A DNA stretch of 64,000 nucleotides from Podarcis gaigeae. Lineage: Eukaryota. A program made the translations under genes and the position numbers. The stretch lies in NCBI GenBank assembly GCA_964106915.2, contig OZ066917.1; one strand, written 5' to 3'. Under the pieces are notes generated by a model, which worked only from the letters and a program-made list of their open reading frames with translations, did not search any database and was not told the DNA's origin. This document shows, piece after piece, positions 61,077 through 64,000 of this stretch (position 1 is its first letter; every line of letters begins with the position of its first letter).

Positions 61077-61743
61077 TTCAGCTCATAGATTCCTTTTTGT
61101 TGTATTGGGACCACTATCTAATGAGTTTAGGACAAAAAGACAAAAAACACAAGATTCTCATAGTGTGCCAAAACTAGTTGGTTATGAATATTTGTCATAA
61201 ACACGATACATCATTGGCAACCCGGAACTAAATAAAAACCCATTAAAAATAGTTTTGACATCAACCTGCTTGAAAAGCAATGAGGGCAACCTTTACATGC
61301 TTATAGAAATTAAAAGCTTGCAATAGTGACACTTACATAACGTATAGTACAGCACCAGCAGAATCACAGTGACAGTCAAGGAAATCACAGGTAACGTTTG
61401 TAAAAGACATCTTTTCCAGAAATGAAAATGCACTTTTTGGCCAAAAGAATGCTTTCGACTCGCAATATCTTCTTGTGAAGCCTGGCTGTGATGAAAAGGC
61501 AGACCCTGTTCAAGAAGGAAGGAAGGAAGGAAGGAAGGAAGGAATCGGCAAGCAAATCGAGGAAAATGATTCTGCCTTTGCTCAGCTGACAAGCGAATTA
61601 ATCGTTGCATTATTCATGAGCAATTTACAAGTGTGTTAGGAAACCAAATTGCAATTTCTTACCAGTCCAGAGAGAAACTGTGAGTCACAAGGAGTAGGTA
61701 TGCTGTATATAACAGAGAGGCGCCTGGATGGGAAAGACCTCAT
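40190..61743 (-). CDS. matriptase-subfamily type II transmembrane serine protease (ST14/TMPRSS7-like), 18 coding exons, 823 aa
   Basis: All 18 exons join in frame with GT-AG (2472 nt incl. stop): cytoplasmic, TM, SEA, CUB1, CUB2, 3 LDLa, activation site KRPR|IVGG, triad SAAHC / DYDIALL / GDSGG, S1 Asp (IDACQ). Confidence 0.93.
41277..41413 (-). CDS. TTSP exon 17
   Basis: [19 protein letters not shown]...[15 protein letters not shown]; phase 1 to 0. Confidence 0.95.
41901..42175 (-). CDS. TTSP exon 16 (catalytic Asp)
   Basis: [12 protein letters not shown]...DYDIALLEM...VQPICLP...CYVTGWG; phase 2 to 1. Confidence 0.95.
42645..42828 (-). CDS. TTSP exon 15 (activation site, catalytic His)
   Basis: [14 protein letters not shown]...WPWQASL...CGASII...SAAHCFQD; phase 1 to 2. 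Confidence 0.95.
43400..43820 (-). mobile_element. L2 LINE 3' fragment
   Basis: [37 protein letters not shown] plus shared 3' terminal motif. Confidence 0.8.
44615..44734 (-). CDS. TTSP exon 14 (LDLa-3)
   Basis: [36 protein letters not shown]; phase 1-1. Confidence 0.93.
44850..44985 (-). mobile_element. tRNA-Lys-derived SINE (Squam2-like)
   Basis: TAGCTCAGTCAGTAGAGCCTGAGACTCTTAATCTCAGG head with a degenerate T-arm, followed by a GAGTTGGACTAGATGAC LINE-like tail. Confidence 0.65.
46110..46223 (-). CDS. TTSP exon 13 (degenerate LDLa-2)
   Basis: [38 protein letters not shown]; six Cys, phase 1-1. Confidence 0.85.
46819..46923 (-). CDS. TTSP exon 12 (LDLa-1)
   Basis: [34 protein letters not shown]; phase 1-1. 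Confidence 0.93.
47957..49452 (+). mobile_element. young 5'-truncated L1 LINE
   Basis: Uninterrupted ORF2 C-terminus to 49172 with CCHC knuckle [14 protein letters not shown]; AATAAA at 49434, A-tail; exact 18-bp TSD GAGATCCAGTGTGGTATA (47939-47956 and 49453-49470). Confidence 0.92.
49817..49950 (-). CDS. TTSP exon 11 (CUB2 end)
   Basis: YCKPIGEG...[23 protein letters not shown]; phase 2 to 1. Confidence 0.9.
50730..50983. mobile_element. hAT-type MITE
   Basis: TAGGGTTGC ... GGCAACCCTA; TSD TATTGTGG / CATTGTGG. Confidence 0.7.
51141..51253 (-). CDS. TTSP exon 10 (CUB2 middle)
   Basis: [13 protein letters not shown]...[12 protein letters not shown]; phase 0 to 2. Confidence 0.9.
52029..52376. 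mobile_element. Tc1/mariner MITE with perfect TIRs
   Basis: CCATATTGGCCTGAATATAAGCC ... GGCTTATATTCAGGCCAATATGG (23 bp perfect) with TA flanks. Confidence 0.85.
52935..53032 (-). CDS. TTSP exon 9 (CUB2 start)
   Basis: [32 protein letters not shown]; phase 1 to 0. Confidence 0.93.
53933..54075 (-). CDS. TTSP exon 8 (CUB1 end)
   Basis: [29 protein letters not shown]...AYFQAVPKI; phase 2 to 1. Confidence 0.9.
54190..54230. repeat. (GA)n microsatellite
   Basis: Visible dinucleotide run. Confidence 0.95.
54265..55204 (-). mobile_element. 5'-truncated L1 with nested Sauria SINE
   Basis: Degraded ORF2 end ([20 protein letters not shown]); exact 17-bp TSD ATGGAGCAAACTTTTAA (54248-54264 and 55205-55221). 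Confidence 0.8.
54380..54731 (-). mobile_element. Sauria SINE (Squam1), full length
   Basis: Head ...GACGCGGGTGGCGCTGTGGGTTAAACC, B box and tail; TSD GCATACCTTA (54370-54379 and 54732-54741). Confidence 0.9.
55233..55449 (-). CDS. TTSP exon 7 (CUB1 start, divergent)
   Basis: [38 protein letters not shown]...[22 protein letters not shown]; phase 1 to 2. Confidence 0.88.
57810..57842 (-). CDS. TTSP exon 6 (33-nt linker)
   Basis: TTTCAG acceptor, CAG|GTAAGA donor; [11 protein letters not shown]; phase 1-1. Confidence 0.78.
57938..58134 (-). CDS. TTSP exon 5 (SEA C-part)
   Basis: [18 protein letters not shown]...ITMELF; 197 nt, phase 2 to 1. Confidence 0.85.
59197..59264 (-). CDS. TTSP exon 4 (SEA middle)
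   Basis: [22 protein letters not shown](S); 68 nt, phase 0 to 2. Confidence 0.87.
60315..60439 (-). CDS. TTSP exon 3 (SEA start)
   Basis: [41 protein letters not shown]; phase 1 to 0. Confidence 0.87.
60985..61076 (+). mobile_element. L2-derived 3' stub with (AAT)n tail
   Basis: AGCCACTCAGAGTGGCTGGGGCAATCCAGTCAGATGG motif then (AAT)n. Confidence 0.65.
61337..61505 (-). CDS. TTSP exon 2 (cytoplasmic + TM signal anchor)
   Basis: GLPFHHSQ...[28 protein letters not shown]; phase 0 to 1. Confidence 0.85.
61663..61743 (-). CDS. TTSP exon 1 (probable start)
   Basis: ATCATG start, [27 protein letters not shown]|GTAAGA, phase 0. Confidence 0.7.
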
Positions 61744-63040
61744 GATGATGCTTCCCTGGTTTGTTCTGCCGTTCTACATATCAAAATCCTTGAAGCAACT
61801 AGGGTTTTTGTATTTGGAACCTCAGGGGAAACAATGCCTTTCCCTCTTATTGTTGTCCTTGGTTCTCCTTTGCTATATGACTAAACAGCCTCCCGGCTAA
61901 GCACCTGTGGTTCAGGTAGTAGGTGGGAAGGAAAATAAGCCACCCTGACTGTAACTCTTTCTTTTCCAAACAGGGCAGATGGGATCAGGTTTACACAAAA
62001 GGAATCTCGGGTGAGATAGCATCTCCTTTGAAAATGGACAAATGAGACAAACCCCAATGCTATTCATGCAAAAACTTTGATAGCAGCGCTTTACAGCATG
62101 CGCACCAGCATTTCTTAAAACAAAGGGAGGGGAAAGAATATCAGCTGTAATGAGCAACTCGGACAATGACTGAAATAGCCTGAGTGAAATCAAAGGAACT
62201 TACTGACCCTTTTAAAATGCTTACATCCTTGCAACAAAACCAAGTGAACCGAGAACAGTAATTAAGAACACAGAGGGATTTTGTTACAGCATGGTTACGG
62301 TTGAGGGACGTATTTAAAAGTCTGAAAACCTTGCACACACTTTACCCTTTTGAGTAGAACTTCTTGGCTTCTTTGTTTACAGGACACTGGGGGGAGGGGT
62401 ATTTAAATGATATAGGGTTTTTTAAAAAATAAATAAAAAAAATCTGCTTCTGGAATGATGTTATTCTTAACCTCACCCCACCCCAAATAGAAAAAGAAAA
62501 TCTATCAACAATTTAGTTAAATTAAAAGCCTATTATGAACTTACAGAAACCCAAGGTTATCTAATATCTAGCATAGTTGCCCTGTGCATCTTTGGCATGC
62601 TAACATGCTTTGATGGTATGATGAGATCAGAATCGCAACATTTTACTGGCATTTGTCGGTATTCTTCACTGTGCTGTGTTGTGGACTTTCAAGCAGGAGA
62701 GGTAGTAAAGCGGTTCCTCTCTTGACGGTTTAATAGCAGGGCATTCCCCCTGAAGGTAGTGAAGGGTAATAATACACACCATAAATTTGAAACATGTTTA
62801 AAGCATATTGCTTCTCTTGGGATTTGTAGTTTACCCCTCACACAGCTACAGTTCCCAGCAACCATCGCAAACTACAGCTCCCAAGATTCTTTGGGGGTAG
62901 TCATGTCCTGTAAATATATGATGTATATGTGTAGCCCAAGTTAACTCATTTTACTTTACACCAGAGTAATAGGTGTACTTTGTCTTGTGTCCTGCTGTAG
63001 CAGGAATGTGGTTCATAAATGTGTAAAACAACCACATAAA

Positions 63041-63262
63041 GTGGTACCTCGGGTTAAGAACAATTCATTCCAGAGGTCCATTCTTAATCTGAAACTGTTC
63101 TTAATCTGAAGCGCCATTTTAGCTGATGGGGCCTCCTGCTGCCGCCACGCCGCCAGAGCACGATTTCTGTTCTCATCCTGATGCAACGTTCTTAACCCGA
63201 GGTACTATTTCTGGGTTACCGGAGTATGTAACCTGAAGCGTATGTAACCCGAGGTACCACTG
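63041..63262. mobile_element. Tc1/mariner MITE
   Basis: GTGGTACCTCGGGTTAAG ... AACCCGAGGTACCACTG then TA; same family as 11928 and 27853. Confidence 0.8.
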
Positions 63263-64000
63263 TATTAGGATCCATGTGGTCATACTTCTTCTCTGCCCTA
63301 TTTTAGAGACTCAGGATGGCTTAGATTCTATTCACACAAGACTGTAACTAGTCCAAAAAATGGCATAAATGAAACGCCAGCAAGTGGGACCTGCAACAAA
63401 ATGTCGGTGCCTTCTCCAGCCAGTAATTCTTTTCAAGCAGAGTACTCTACTTCCCATCTCCCCACTTTCTTTTCCAACTAACAATCTACATTATGTGGCT
63501 ATTGAATATGCTCCGTTATTGCTGGGCCATTTGTTTGATTTTTGCTGGCTGATGTTTTATGTTTTTTCCTTTTTTTGTGTATTTCTGTAGAACTTGGTAT
63601 TCCCCCAAGCATGCTTCTATTTTCTTCTTTCCCAGCAGCTCTTTGTTGTCTGCAAATCCTGGCAGCCCTCTGAGCTGAGGTCACTTTCTGCAGAAGTGAT
63701 ACTTCATTTATCCCGAACTGCAGCTCATCCACACTTCTGCTTGTCCTATGCCTAGAAAGCACATGTCGGTACTGTTTCCCACTTGCCCCATGCTTTCTAG
63801 GCACGGATCTGGGCTGTTTTGCCTTTGCCTCAACACTTTCCCTCAGAAAATCCACTCTTCAGTGCTAAATCATACTGAACATCAGTCCAGAGAAAACCTG
63901 ATTGATGTTCGCTCCAATTAAGAGATAAACAGCAGGTTTTCCATGGGGAATGTGGTCTGGGCAAGCAGAGGTGTGGATAAACCCTCAGAATAGTGACATG

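Noticed and set aside
40190-61743. Assigning the symbol TMPRSS7 or ST14 to the protease
   Set aside because: Position suggests TMPRSS7 while protease motifs suggest ST14; orthology cannot be settled without a tree, so no symbol is given
63499-63855. 118-codon - strand ORF as an upstream exon or the end of TMPRSS7
   Set aside because: No protease motifs or convincing splice pair; more likely UTR or intergenic sequence
1-64000. CRISPR arrays, rRNA, operons or other prokaryotic systems
   Set aside because: Sequence is intron-rich vertebrate DNA; the repeats are microsatellites and TEs with no repeat-spacer structure

Overview
This is vertebrate genomic DNA from a squamate, most likely a lacertid lizard (lacertid-type Sauria/Squam1 SINEs, squamate L1/L2 LINEs and MITEs). 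It matches the human 3q13.2 TMPRSS7-C3orf52-GCSAM-(SLC9C1)-CD200 block in reverse orientation. I assembled four spliced genes by hand from GT-AG sites and phase continuity. (1) CD200/OX-2 on the - strand, about 10263-14667. (2) A GCSAM/HGAL homolog on the + strand, 17147-20687; first and last exons are clear, middle exons uncertain. (3) C3orf52/TTMP on the - strand, 25841-34097, 6 coding exons. (4) A complete 18-exon, 823-aa matriptase-subfamily type II transmembrane serine protease on the - strand, 40190-61743 (TM-SEA-CUB-CUB-LDLa x3-trypsin). The protease occupies the TMPRSS7 position but looks like a distinct ST14-like paralog. C3orf52 repeats the exon lengths and phases of this protease's first six exons, suggesting a protease-less partial duplicate. 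SLC9C1 is absent, leaving CD200 and GCSAM head-to-head 2.5 kb apart. The rest is TE-rich: a near-intact L2 LINE, a young 5'-truncated L1, solo LTRs, hAT and Tc1/mariner MITEs, SINEs and microsatellites. Comparisons to human proteins are from memory; no alignments or searches were run.
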